A stretch of DNA of 64,000 nt from Eubacteriales bacterium (GTDB lineage Bacteria; Bacillota; Clostridia; Oscillospirales; CAG-272): positions 13,226-77,225 of the forward strand of contig JBGVRH010000059.1 in assembly GCA_045128275.1 (NCBI GenBank), written 5' to 3'. The translations under genes were made by a program, and so were the position numbers. Under the pieces are notes generated by a model. The model saw only the letters and a program-made list of their open reading frames with translations. It was not told where the DNA came from and did not search any database. Below, piece by piece: positions 16,977 to 25,821 of the stretch. Within the stretch, counting starts at the first letter, position 1. Every line of letters starts with the position of its first letter.

Positions 16977-19109
16977 CTATTTGTTGAGAAATAGAATGCC
17001 ATCGGTACAGGATATCCCTGATGAACCTATCCCGCCAAAGCAGCCGTCCCCCTTTTCGATGGCCTCCCATTCGGCCTTCGTACCATCGAACCGCGCGTTG
17101 ACACTACTGTTCGCAAAGCACTGCTCACCCAGATAAGAAACCGATTTGGGAATACGGATATCCAACGATGTTGCGTTATTCATATCCATCCAAGAAAAGG
17201 CTAAATGTCCAATATGCGTGATACCTTCAGGGAGAATTACACTATTCAACAAAGGACATTTCAAGAACAACCCTTCCGCAATCCGGGTCATACCCGCGGG
17301 CAATTCAGCGGATAACAGATTGCTACAGCCCGTGAACGCGTACGCGCCCACGTTGGTTATCCCTTCGGGGAGGCAGATCGCGGTCAGGCCGTGGCAAAGC
17401 CCAAAAGCGTACTCTTCAATTGTTGTCATTCCGACACGCAACGGGAGATCGGTTAGGGCAGAGCATTGATAGAACGCATAGGCTCCTACGGTCGTTACCG
17501 CATCCGGCAGATGAACGGCACGAAGGGAGGTACAACCGTAAAAGAAACGATCGGGAATACGTGTTATGGTGTCGGAGAAGGTGAAGGAGGTCAGTTGGGT
17601 ATTATCCTCAAAGGCTCCCCCCACCACAATGCACACATCCTTGTGAAGGCCGGCTGTGGTTACATCCTTACGGCCAAATGCGAGGATAGCGTACGGGTTC
17701 TCTCCAATTGCCAGATAGTAACCCCCGTCATACTCGGTATAAGAAAGAGAGGAGCACCCGCGGAAGGCGTGGTAGCCAATATGGGTCAATCCGTCAGAAA
17801 GAGATAGTTCGGAAAGAGAGGAACACTCCGTGAAGGCCTCGGGACCGATGTGGGTCAAGCCGGCGGTGTTCTGTACCGCGGCCAGTTGCGTACAGTCTGC
17901 GAAGGCCATAGATTCAATTTTCGTTACACTGTAGGGCAGACGAAGTTCCTTCAGAGCGGTGTGGGCGAATGCCGTGGAACCGATCGTGGTCACCGAATCA
18001 GGGAGTGTGATCGCGGCGAGAGGAGTGTTTACTGCGAAGCACGCGGGGATAGTCGGGAGTTGGATTCCCTCCCCGAAGGTGATCTCGGTCAGGGTGGTCA
18101 CGCCCTCGAAGGCGTTTTGACCAATCTCGGTCACGGATGCGGGAATGTGTATTTTGGTGATCCTGCGGCAATAGGCAAAGGCACTTTTTCCGATGGAGGT
18201 AAGACCGTCAGGCAGGGCAAAGCCTTCGGGCAAATTGCATTCCGAAAAAGCCATCTCGCCGATCGATGTCAGCTTTTCGGGCCATACGAGGGAATCAAAG
18301 CTGCCGGAGAAGGCGTTCTTTCCGATGGCAATGACCAGATCCCCCTCTGGCGAGTAGTTGGGAATCACCATATCTCCCCGTACCCGTCCCGCGTCCTTGA
18401 CACAGCAGGTGCCGTCACCGTAGGAGGTGAACTCCATGCCCGTCATGCTTTCACCGCACACAGAGCAGGAACGGCCGTCAAAGGTATGCAAGCCCGCAGG
18501 CATATCCTCGTCCTCGGTTTTACCGCAAAGGGAGCATTCACGGGTGCGAACACCTGTCTCCGTGCAGGTGGGCACCGCGGCAAATTGCCAATTACCGAAA
18601 GTGTGTGCACAGGATTCGGGATCGGGCTTGGTTTCGGTCTCTGTTTCGCTTTCGGACTCGGTGTCGCTTCCGCTCTCGGCGGCGGTCTCACTTTCGGATT
18701 CACTGTCGGTCTCGGGTTTGCTTTCGGTCTCGCGTTCACCTTCGTCGGTCATAGCATCTGTGGTGGTACTCTCCTCCGTTTCAAAGGAGGTCACGTCTCC
18801 CGATTCCACAGGCGGCAGATCCCCGCCCTTACCGAAGAAGAACACCCCCGCGGCCACACCCGCGGCCACAACTACGCCCGCCGCCAGGGCGATCCAACCG
18901 CCCTTGGCGACCCACGCCCCAAAGCCCGTCTTAACGGTGGTCTCGGTGTGGGACAACGAGTATAAGGTAGACGGATCCACAGCTGCGCCGCTCGCCGCGC
19001 CCACGGCTCCCGCCGCGCCCACAGCCACAAGCCCCAGCTTCGCGCCCACTTCGGTGATGTACTCGTCACGAATGCCGTTCATGGCTTCCAAAATGATCTC
19101 TCTGCTCAT
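16977..19109 (-). CDS. cassette 1 partner protein: putative anti-sigma/sensor membrane protein with Cys-rich region and BspA-type leucine-rich repeats, 710 aa
   Basis: N-terminus [20 protein letters not shown], a Gly/Ala-rich hydrophobic segment and a TM helix, an acidic E/S/T linker, a CxxC-rich stretch, then about 23-residue repeats of the form IPxSVTxIGxxAFxxCxxLxxI. Start overlaps the sigma gene stop by 4 nt. Confidence 0.8.
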   Translation of the reverse strand: MSREIILEAMNGIRDEYITEVGAKLGLVAVGAAGAVGAASGAAVDPSTLYSLSHTETTVKTGFGAWVAKGGWIALAAGVVVAAGVAAGVFFFGKGGDLPPVESGDVTSFETEESTTTDAMTDEGERETESKPETDSESESETAAESGSDTESESETETETKPDPESCAHTFGNWQFAAVPTCTETGVRTRECSLCGKTEDEDMPAGLHTFDGRSCSVCGESMTGMEFTSYGDGTCCVKDAGRVRGDMVIPNYSPEGDLVIAIGKNAFSGSFDSLVWPEKLTSIGEMAFSECNLPEGFALPDGLTSIGKSAFAYCRRITKIHIPASVTEIGQNAFEGVTTLTEITFGEGIQLPTIPACFAVNTPLAAITLPDSVTTIGSTAFAHTALKELRLPYSVTKIESMAFADCTQLAAVQNTAGLTHIGPEAFTECSSLSELSLSDGLTHIGYHAFRGCSSLSYTEYDGGYYLAIGENPYAILAFGRKDVTTAGLHKDVCIVVGGAFEDNTQLTSFTFSDTITRIPDRFFYGCTSLRAVHLPDAVTTVGAYAFYQCSALTDLPLRVGMTTIEEYAFGLCHGLTAICLPEGITNVGAYAFTGCSNLLSAELPAGMTRIAEGLFLKCPLLNSVILPEGITHIGHLAFSWMDMNNATSLDIRIPKSVSYLGEQCFANSSVNARFDGTKAEWEAIEKGDGCFGGIGSSGISCTDGILFLNK

Positions 19110-19648
19110 ACCCGATACCCCCTTTCCGCAAGGTACGCCCGTAGTTTCTCGCGGGTCTTGCTGAGCCGCTTATAGACCGTCTTGGGTGCCAGCTTCACGG
19201 CCTCCGCCAGCTCCTCCACGGGATAGGAGAACCAGTAGCGTCCCATAAAGATCACGCGGTCGCTCTCCTCCAGGTCGGCCAGAAAGCCGTTGAGCAGCTC
19301 GGCCAGCTCGCTTGCATCCTCCATGGAGGCGGGGATGCAGTTCTCCAGCTCGTCCAGGGGAAGGGTCATGTCCCGATCCCGCCGTTCTCTTCGCAGATCG
19401 CGGAGGCGATTGAGGGACAGGTTGCGGGCGATGCGGCAGACAAAGGCGCAGAGGGAGTCGGGCCTCGTGGGGGGGATGGTGTTCCAGGTCTTCAGGTAGG
19501 TGTCGTTGACGCACTCCTCGGCGTCGGGGCGGCTTTGCAGGATGTTCATGGACACCTGCATACAGGCTTTGCCGTAGCTCTTGTCGGTCTCGGCGATGGC
19601 CTGCTCGTTGCGGTCAAAATACAGAGCAATGATATCTTGGTCGTTCAT
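19106..19648 (-). CDS. ECF-type sigma-70 family sigma factor, cassette 1, 180 aa
   Basis: Region 2 (...DAEECVNDTYLKTW...) and region 4 (...TVYKRLSKTREKLRAYL) are present. Length and two-domain layout are typical of group 4 sigmas. Confidence 0.85.
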   Translation of the reverse strand: MNDQDIIALYFDRNEQAIAETDKSYGKACMQVSMNILQSRPDAEECVNDTYLKTWNTIPPTRPDSLCAFVCRIARNLSLNRLRDLRRERRDRDMTLPLDELENCIPASMEDASELAELLNGFLADLEESDRVIFMGRYWFSYPVEELAEAVKLAPKTVYKRLSKTREKLRAYLAERGYRV

Positions 19649-19764
19649 GTTTACCTCCTTGATGGGATCTCTGTACTCTATATGACACCGTTCCCTGTCT
19701 TTTTTCTCCCGTTTTTGCAGAAAAAAACAAAGTTTTTCGGTAAATGCCGTTCGTATTCCCTTAT

Positions 19765-19793
19765 ATCATACGGCGTGGCGGAGGATTTGTCAA
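19765..19793 (-). promoter_or_regulatory. sigma-A type promoter of cassette 1
   Basis: Minus strand TTGACA, 17 nt spacer, TATGAT. Confidence 0.6.
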
Positions 19794-19824
19794 GGGGATG
19801 GGGGATATTTTGCGAAAAAGGGGA

Positions 19825-19855
19825 CAAAAAAGGCCACCGCGCGGGGCGGTGGCCT
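19825..19855 (-). terminator. intrinsic terminator after cassette 2
   Basis: Minus strand AGGCCACCGCCCCGCGCGGTGGCCTTTTTT. Confidence 0.75.
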
Positions 19856-19862
19856 GTAGGGA

Positions 19863-20831
19863 TCAGCTCTCGGGGTCGGGCTGATTATAGCTGTTGAAAA
19901 TGGTAAACGGAAAATCGGGGATGGAATCCGCGGGGGTGTTAATGGCCTCCTCGCCGTCCACGTAGCGGTAGAGGATCGTATACTCGCAGGAGCCAAGGTC
20001 ATTATAAGCATCCCGAATGTCCTTGACACGGTCGAGCATGGCTTCGTTGTACCGATACTGCGCCAGGGTCACGGTCTTTTCCGGATTCCCCGTAAAGTGG
20101 CAGGTTCTGGTATTGAGGTCGGGGTTGAAGAAGACATTCCCCGCTTTGTCAAATCGGAGGTGATACCCCTCCATCATGACCGTGATCTCCTCCCCCTCGC
20201 CGGTCAGCAGATCCCCCGTGACCACTCTTTCATACATATAGATGAAGCCGTACCGGGTATCGGTTTTAAAGGCAACGATCTGGATGTTGGCCTCGCTGTT
20301 TTTGGGAGAGGCAAACGTGAGAACGGAGCGAAGCCCCGAGGAGCCGTTCACCAGAAATTCCACCGTCTTGCACCCATTATTTCCCGAGTCGGTGATGGAG
20401 ACGTAGCTGGTGGTATCGTCGGCACTCGTCAAGGGAAATTGGAAGTAGCTGAGATCGGGGGCTTCGGTCTCCTCCTCGGTCTCGGACTCGTTGGAGGCGG
20501 TCTCCGTTGTCTCGATCCCCTGGGGGAAGGAGGGCCATTCAAAGCCGTCGGAGCCCAAAAGGAACGCTCCCACCGCGATTCCCGCGGCGGCCACGGCACC
20601 CGCTACCAGCGCGATCCAGCCGCCCTTGGCGACCCACGCCCCAAAGCCCGTCTTGACAGCGGCCTCGGTGCCGGACAGGGAGTATAGGGTAGACGGATCC
20701 ACAGCTGCGCCGCTCGCCGCGCCCACAGCACCCGCCGCGCCCACAGCCAAAAGCCCCAGCCGTGTGCCTGCCTCGGTGATGTATTCGTCACGGATGCCGT
20801 TCAAGGCCTCCTGAATGATCTCTCTGCTCAT
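19863..20831 (-). CDS. cassette 2 partner protein: same N-terminal module, unrelated C-terminal domain of unknown family (about 190 aa), 322 aa total
   Basis: The N-terminal 95 aa are nearly identical to cassette 1 ([20 protein letters not shown]...[14 protein letters not shown]...). The C-terminal part has no LRR periodicity. Confidence 0.8.
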   Translation of the reverse strand: MSREIIQEALNGIRDEYITEAGTRLGLLAVGAAGAVGAASGAAVDPSTLYSLSGTEAAVKTGFGAWVAKGGWIALVAGAVAAAGIAVGAFLLGSDGFEWPSFPQGIETTETASNESETEEETEAPDLSYFQFPLTSADDTTSYVSITDSGNNGCKTVEFLVNGSSGLRSVLTFASPKNSEANIQIVAFKTDTRYGFIYMYERVVTGDLLTGEGEEITVMMEGYHLRFDKAGNVFFNPDLNTRTCHFTGNPEKTVTLAQYRYNEAMLDRVKDIRDAYNDLGSCEYTILYRYVDGEEAINTPADSIPDFPFTIFNSYNQPDPES

Positions 20832-21370
20832 ACCCGATACCCCCTTTCCGCAAGGTATGCCCGTAGCTTCTCACGGGTCTTGTGGAGCCGCATATACACC
20901 GCCTTGTCGGTCAGTCCCATCTGTGCGGCCAGGTCGTCGATGGCGTAGGAATACCAGTACCGTCCCATGAAGAGCACGCGGTTGGTCTCGTCCAGACTCT
21001 CTAAAAAGCTATTGAGCAGGGAAGCAAGCTCCCCAGCGTCCTCCATTGCGGCGGGGATGCAGGCCTCCAGCTCCTCAAAGGACACCGTCAGCCCTTGGTT
21101 GCGCTTCTCACGGCGCAGGTCGCGGAGGCGGTTGAGGGACAGGTTGCGGGCGATGCGGCACACAAAGGCGCACAGGGAGCCCGGCTTGGTGGGGGGAATG
21201 GAATTCCAGGTCTTGAGATAGGTGTCACTCACGCACTCCTCCGCGTCGGGACGGCTGTCCAGTATGTTCATGGACACCTGCATACAGACCTTGCCGTAGC
21301 TCTTGTCGGTCTCGGCGATGGCCTGCTCGTTGCGGGCGAAGTACAGGTCGATGATGTCTTGATCGTTCAT
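20828..21370 (-). CDS. ECF-type sigma factor, cassette 2, 180 aa
   Basis: Paralog of 19106..19648 with the same length. Confidence 0.85.
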   Translation of the reverse strand: MNDQDIIDLYFARNEQAIAETDKSYGKVCMQVSMNILDSRPDAEECVSDTYLKTWNSIPPTKPGSLCAFVCRIARNLSLNRLRDLRREKRNQGLTVSFEELEACIPAAMEDAGELASLLNSFLESLDETNRVLFMGRYWYSYAIDDLAAQMGLTDKAVYMRLHKTREKLRAYLAERGYRV

Positions 21371-21482
21371 GATTTCCTCCTTGCTTGGGATATGGTACCT
21401 ATTATGACACCGTTTTCTCGGATTTTTTTCTTGTTTTCGGAAAATATTTCAAAAAATTGTTTTTTTACGGGTGGCTACCTAT

Positions 21483-21511
21483 ATCATACAGGGAAAACGG
21501 GGGTGTGTCAA
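21483..21511 (-). promoter_or_regulatory. sigma-A type promoter of cassette 2
   Basis: Minus strand TTGACA, 17 nt spacer, TATGAT. Confidence 0.6.
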
Positions 21512-21535
21512 GGGGGAGGGGGATTTTTGTGAAGA

Positions 21536-21560
21536 AAAAGGAGCGGCCGAAGGCCGCTCC
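21536..21560 (-). terminator. intrinsic terminator after cassette 3
   Basis: Minus strand GGAGCGGCCTTCGGCCGCTCCTTTTT. Confidence 0.75.
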
Positions 21561-21567
21561 CAAAAGA

Positions 21568-23148
21568 TCAAGGAACGTAATTGTAATGAAAGGTGGCATT
21601 GGATAAGGTGTTGTTGAACTGACCGATGCGGATCCTTCTCCACTGTTTCTCAGAGCCGGCGTAGTAGATGTCCTTTACCCGATAAGCGTAAAATGCACTG
21701 TCGCCAATGAAATCTAAGCTGGTGGGGATCGTGATGGCCTTCATGTAGAAGCAATCCTCAAACGCACCGTTTGCGATCCCGATGGTCCCTTCGCGGCAAA
21801 CCACCTCGGCGACCGATTCATCACACGCCACGATCCAATTCCCTACGTAGGTGACTCCGCCTTCTTGGGCTAAGCCGGTACAGCCCTCAAATGAATTCGC
21901 TCCAATGTGGGTGACACTGTCGGGAATGGTCATGGAGGTGAGGGCCGAGCAGTCTTTGAACGCTCCGTAGTCAATATCCTTTAGACCGCCGGTGACGGTG
22001 ACAGAGGTCAGAGAGGAGCAATTTTTGAATGCGTTCTCGCCAATGGATGTGACCCCTTCGGGAATGACAACGGAGGTCAAGTCGGAGCAGTTCAAAAACG
22101 CATTTTCCCGAATGGCGGGGAAGTCACCGGCAAGGGTAATGGTGGTCAGAGAAATGCAATCCTCGAACGCAGAAGCGCCAAGCTCGGTCACGCTGTCGGG
22201 AATGACCACCGAAGTCAGGTATCGGCAATTTGAGAACGCATGATCTCCGATCACGACCACACCGTCGGGGATCTCGATGGAGGTCAATTTATAACAGCCT
22301 TCAAAAGCATTTTCCAAGATCCCCTTGGTGCCTTCCTTCCACGTGACTTCACTCAGATACAAGTCGCAGTCCACGACCCAATTCCCCACGTAATACAAGC
22401 CTTTTTTCCTTCTTCGGATCTTGGGGGATTCGTCAAACGCCTTATGGCCAACGCTGACCACGCTGTCGGGAACTACGATGGAGGTCAGATCGCAGCAGAA
22501 GAAGAATGCGTATTCTTCAATGTGTGTGACGGTATCGGGAATCACCACCGAGGTGATGGCCCGACCACTGAATGCCTCCCTGCCAATGGCGGTCACGATA
22601 TCCCCGTCGGGAGATACGGGTGGGATCACAATATCCATGTTCGGCCAGGGGTCGTTACTTTCTGCGACATAGCAGGTCCCGTCGCCGTTGGAGACGTATT
22701 TCAGGAACTCAGAGGGGGCAAGGGTCTCGGATTCAATCTCGGGTTCGGTTTCAGTTTCGGTTTCAGCTTCGGTTTCAGTTTCGGTTTCGGTTTCCGACTC
22801 GGGCTTGCTCTCGCCCTCGCCCTCCTCGAATCGGCTCTGCTCCTGCTCGGCGGAAGTCTCGTCCTCCGTCCCCACAGGCGGCGTATCCCCGCCGTTGCCC
22901 AGCAGGAACGCTCCCACAGCCACCCCCGCGGCTACCACCACGCCCGCTACCAGCGCGATCCAACCGCCCTTAGCCAGCCACGCGCCAAAGCCTGTCTTGG
23001 CGGCGGTGCCGCTCCCCGCGGCAGAAAGGGAATAGAGAGGCGCGCCCGCCGCGCCGCCCAGCAGGGACAGGGGCAGAGCCTCGGTCACGAACTCGTCGGG
23101 GAGCTTCCCCATGATCTCAAAAAGCTGTTCGCCCGTCAGTCGGCTCAT
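21568..23148 (-). CDS. cassette 3 partner protein: related N-terminal module, acidic E/T linker and BspA-type LRR domain, 526 aa
   Basis: Start taken as MSRLTGEQLFEIMGKLPDEFVTE, whose ATG at 23148 overlaps the sigma stop by 4 nt as in cassettes 1 and 2. Contains repeats IPDSVTxIGxxAFxxCxxLTSV. Confidence 0.8.
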   Translation of the reverse strand: MSRLTGEQLFEIMGKLPDEFVTEALPLSLLGGAAGAPLYSLSAAGSGTAAKTGFGAWLAKGGWIALVAGVVVAAGVAVGAFLLGNGGDTPPVGTEDETSAEQEQSRFEEGEGESKPESETETETETEAETETETEPEIESETLAPSEFLKYVSNGDGTCYVAESNDPWPNMDIVIPPVSPDGDIVTAIGREAFSGRAITSVVIPDTVTHIEEYAFFFCCDLTSIVVPDSVVSVGHKAFDESPKIRRRKKGLYYVGNWVVDCDLYLSEVTWKEGTKGILENAFEGCYKLTSIEIPDGVVVIGDHAFSNCRYLTSVVIPDSVTELGASAFEDCISLTTITLAGDFPAIRENAFLNCSDLTSVVIPEGVTSIGENAFKNCSSLTSVTVTGGLKDIDYGAFKDCSALTSMTIPDSVTHIGANSFEGCTGLAQEGGVTYVGNWIVACDESVAEVVCREGTIGIANGAFEDCFYMKAITIPTSLDFIGDSAFYAYRVKDIYYAGSEKQWRRIRIGQFNNTLSNATFHYNYVP

Positions 23149-23687
23149 ACCGTGTACCCCCCTTCGGTCAGAAAGTCTCGGAGCTTGTTGCGGGTCTTTT
23201 GGAGGCGCAGAGCCACGGCGTTGGGGGTCAGCTCCCAATGGGTAGCCAGATCCTTCACCGACATACCGTGCCAGTAGCGACCTACGAAGAGCCTACGCTC
23301 GGCCTCGTCCAGCCCCCGCAGGAATTCCGCGAGAAGCTCGGGGAGGATCTCGGCGTGGGACTCGTCCACGGGGATGCAGTCCTCCAGCTCCTCGAAGGAC
23401 ACCGTCAGCTCGCGGTTGCGGCGGTCACGGCGCAGGTCGCGGAGACGGTTGAGGGACAGATTCCGCGCGATACGGCAGACGAAGGCGCACAGGGAGTTGG
23501 GCTTGGTGGGCGGGATGGAGTTCCACGTTTTCAGATAGGTATCGTTGACGCACTCCTCGGCGTCGGGATGGCTTTGCAGGATGTTCATGGATACCTGCAT
23601 ACAGGCCTTGCCGTAGCTCTTGTCGGTCTCGGCGATTGCCTGCTCGTTGCGAGCAAAATACAGAGCGATGATCTCTTGGTCGTTCAT
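23145..23687 (-). CDS. ECF-type sigma factor, cassette 3, 180 aa
   Basis: Paralog of the two sigma genes above. Region 2 is conserved and region 4 has diverged. Confidence 0.85.
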   Translation of the reverse strand: MNDQEIIALYFARNEQAIAETDKSYGKACMQVSMNILQSHPDAEECVNDTYLKTWNSIPPTKPNSLCAFVCRIARNLSLNRLRDLRRDRRNRELTVSFEELEDCIPVDESHAEILPELLAEFLRGLDEAERRLFVGRYWHGMSVKDLATHWELTPNAVALRLQKTRNKLRDFLTEGGYTV

Positions 23688-23811
23688 AGGTTCCTCCTTT
23701 TTGGGTTTGAAATGTCTCTGTACTTATATTGACACTCTTTGGTGTCGGTTCATGTCCGATATTTGCTTCTTTTTTGAAAAAAAGAAAAAATCTTGGTGTG
23801 CGGCTACCCAT

Positions 23812-23840
23812 ATCATACAGGGTGGGAGAACGCTTGTCAA
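23812..23840 (-). promoter_or_regulatory. sigma-A type promoter of cassette 3
   Basis: Minus strand TTGACA, 17 nt spacer, TATGAT. Confidence 0.6.
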
Positions 23841-23912
23841 GGGGAAAACGCTCTTTTGTCGGAGACATTCCTCAAAGGGCCGGCGATTTTTTGCGAAATC
23901 CCCTTTGCTATC

Positions 23913-23941
23913 TTGATTTTTATCCCATTTTATGATATACT
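23913..23941 (+). promoter_or_regulatory. sigma-A promoter of sdaA
   Basis: TTGATT, 17 nt spacer, TATACT. Confidence 0.55.
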
Positions 23942-23983
23942 GAAGGGTAGAACAAAATCCACACCGAAAGGAAGGCTTTCGCC

Positions 23984-25207
23984 ATGAAATCCGTCCGCAC
24001 CATATACAAGATGGGCATGGGCCCCTCCTCCTCCCACACCATGGGCCCCGCCTTTGCCGCCCGTACCTTCAAGGACACCCACCCCGAGGCCGACCGCTTC
24101 ACCGTCATCCTCTACGGCTCTCTGGCCAAGACGGGCAAGGGTCACGGCACTGACCGCGCCATCACCGATACCCTCGCCCCCATCCCCGCCGAGATCGTGT
24201 TCAATATGGACGATGAGATCGCCGCCACCCTCCCCCACCCCAATACGCTGGATTTCATCGGCTATTCGGGAGACATCGAGATCGGACGGATGCGTTTCCT
24301 GTCCATCGGCGGCGGTGAAGTGCGAATGGACGGGGAAGAGAGCCGCTTTGCCCTGCCTCCCGAGCTGTACAAGGAGGAGAGCTTCACCGAGATCGCGGAT
24401 TTGTGTAAGTCCCGGGGTATCCGCCTCTCGGACTACGTCTTCGAGCATGAGGACGCGGATTTCCCCGCCTTCCTGCTGGACGTGTGGCACACCATGACCG
24501 CCGCCATCCGCGAGGGCCTGACCCATACGGGCATCCTCCCCGGCGGCCTGGAGGTGGAGCGCAAGGCCCAAAGATTGTACAACCAGCGCCACATCGACGA
24601 GTCCCCCCAGACCCGCGAGAACCGCCTGGTCTGCGCCTATGCCTTCGCCGTCAGCGAGCAGAATGCCGACAACGGGGTCATCGTCACCGCCCCCACCTGC
24701 GGCTCCTGCGGAGTCCTCCCCGCCGTCCTGAGGTATATGCAGGACAAGAACGGCTTTTCCGACCGCGACGTTGTCCGCGCCCTAGCCGTGGCGGGTCTGA
24801 TCGGTGACCTGGTGGCCACCAACGCCTCCGTCAGCGGCGCGGAATGCGGCTGTCAGGCCGAGGTAGGCACCGCCTGCTCCATGGCCGCCGCCGCCCTCTG
24901 CGAGCTGTTCGAGATGGGCATCGACCAGATCGAGTACGCCGCCGAGATGTCCCTGGAGCATCACCTGGGACTGACCTGCGACCCCGTCTGCGGGCTTGTG
25001 CAGATCCCCTGCATCGAGCGCAACGCCGTGGCCGCCATGCGCGCCATCAACGCGCTCTCCCTGGCCAACTTCCTGTCGGGAAGCCGTAAGATCTCCTTCG
25101 ATCTGGTGGTGGAGACCATGTACCGCACCGGCCTCGACCTGTCCCACCTGTACAGAGAGACCTCCGAGGGCGGGTTGGCAAAGCTGTATCGGCATCCGGG
25201 GAGTTAA
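23984..25207 (+). CDS. sdaA: L-serine ammonia-lyase (iron-sulfur dependent, single chain)
   Basis: MKSVRTIYKMGMGPSSSHTMGPAFAA...YGSLAKTGKGHGTD...; Cys-containing alpha domain (TAPTCGSCGV). Confidence 0.9.
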   Translation: MKSVRTIYKMGMGPSSSHTMGPAFAARTFKDTHPEADRFTVILYGSLAKTGKGHGTDRAITDTLAPIPAEIVFNMDDEIAATLPHPNTLDFIGYSGDIEIGRMRFLSIGGGEVRMDGEESRFALPPELYKEESFTEIADLCKSRGIRLSDYVFEHEDADFPAFLLDVWHTMTAAIREGLTHTGILPGGLEVERKAQRLYNQRHIDESPQTRENRLVCAYAFAVSEQNADNGVIVTAPTCGSCGVLPAVLRYMQDKNGFSDRDVVRALAVAGLIGDLVATNASVSGAECGCQAEVGTACSMAAAALCELFEMGIDQIEYAAEMSLEHHLGLTCDPVCGLVQIPCIERNAVAAMRAINALSLANFLSGSRKISFDLVVETMYRTGLDLSHLYRETSEGGLAKLYRHPGS

Positions 25208-25272
25208 AGAGAGCAACGGGAACGCAAAGCTTCATAAAGGATCATGAAATACGAGTTGGGGGAGATGAGAGT

Positions 25273-25821
25273 ATGCGTTTTAAGATCTTCAAAAGAACAT
25301 TTGTCGTTTTCATTATCTTGATGGCAATTTTTTTGGTTGGCTGTCAAAAAACACAGGAATACCACATACACGCCCAGCAATGTGAGTGGATTTTTGGTCA
25401 AACTCCGAAACAACTGATGAGATCGAAGCATGATTGTATGGACACGGTCGGAGATTTCCGAAGAAAATCATATGTCGATAAAAACGGCCATTTATGCCTT
25501 GTGCTGACCGAATCTCAAGCAGAGGCCATGAAAGAGTGGTTGGTGGAATTTTCCGAATTGGATAACAGATCGGATGTAGAAGTGAGCGAGGATCTGTCAA
25601 GTGTAACAGTGTACTTTTCTCCTAAATTGTTAGAAGAAGGCGGCTCCGAATTGGATTCCTTGGTACGGGTGGTAAATACCGTAGCGGGAAAAATCATGTT
25701 GAAACAAAGGCTTGATGGAGTTCCACCAGAGGAGGTTTCATTCCTATACACAGAAAGGAATATTGAAACGGGAGAGGTTATATATACTGAGGTCTATAAG
25801 CCGATATTGGTTGATCCATAA
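25273..25821 (+). CDS. hypothetical lipoprotein on a low-GC islet
   Basis: Signal peptide with lipobox (FLVGC). GC content is visibly lower than that of the neighbouring genes. I recognise no family. Confidence 0.65.
   Translation: MRFKIFKRTFVVFIILMAIFLVGCQKTQEYHIHAQQCEWIFGQTPKQLMRSKHDCMDTVGDFRRKSYVDKNGHLCLVLTESQAEAMKEWLVEFSELDNRSDVEVSEDLSSVTVYFSPKLLEEGGSELDSLVRVVNTVAGKIMLKQRLDGVPPEEVSFLYTERNIETGEVIYTEVYKPILVDP

Noticed and set aside
15148-17000. T-box leaders upstream of proS (16844-16976) and lysK (37543-37641), and a SAM riboswitch upstream of metF (5910-6057).
   Set aside because: The leaders are only about 35-75 nt from the predicted -10 to the start codon. They lack T-box or S-box conserved sequences and are too short for these elements.
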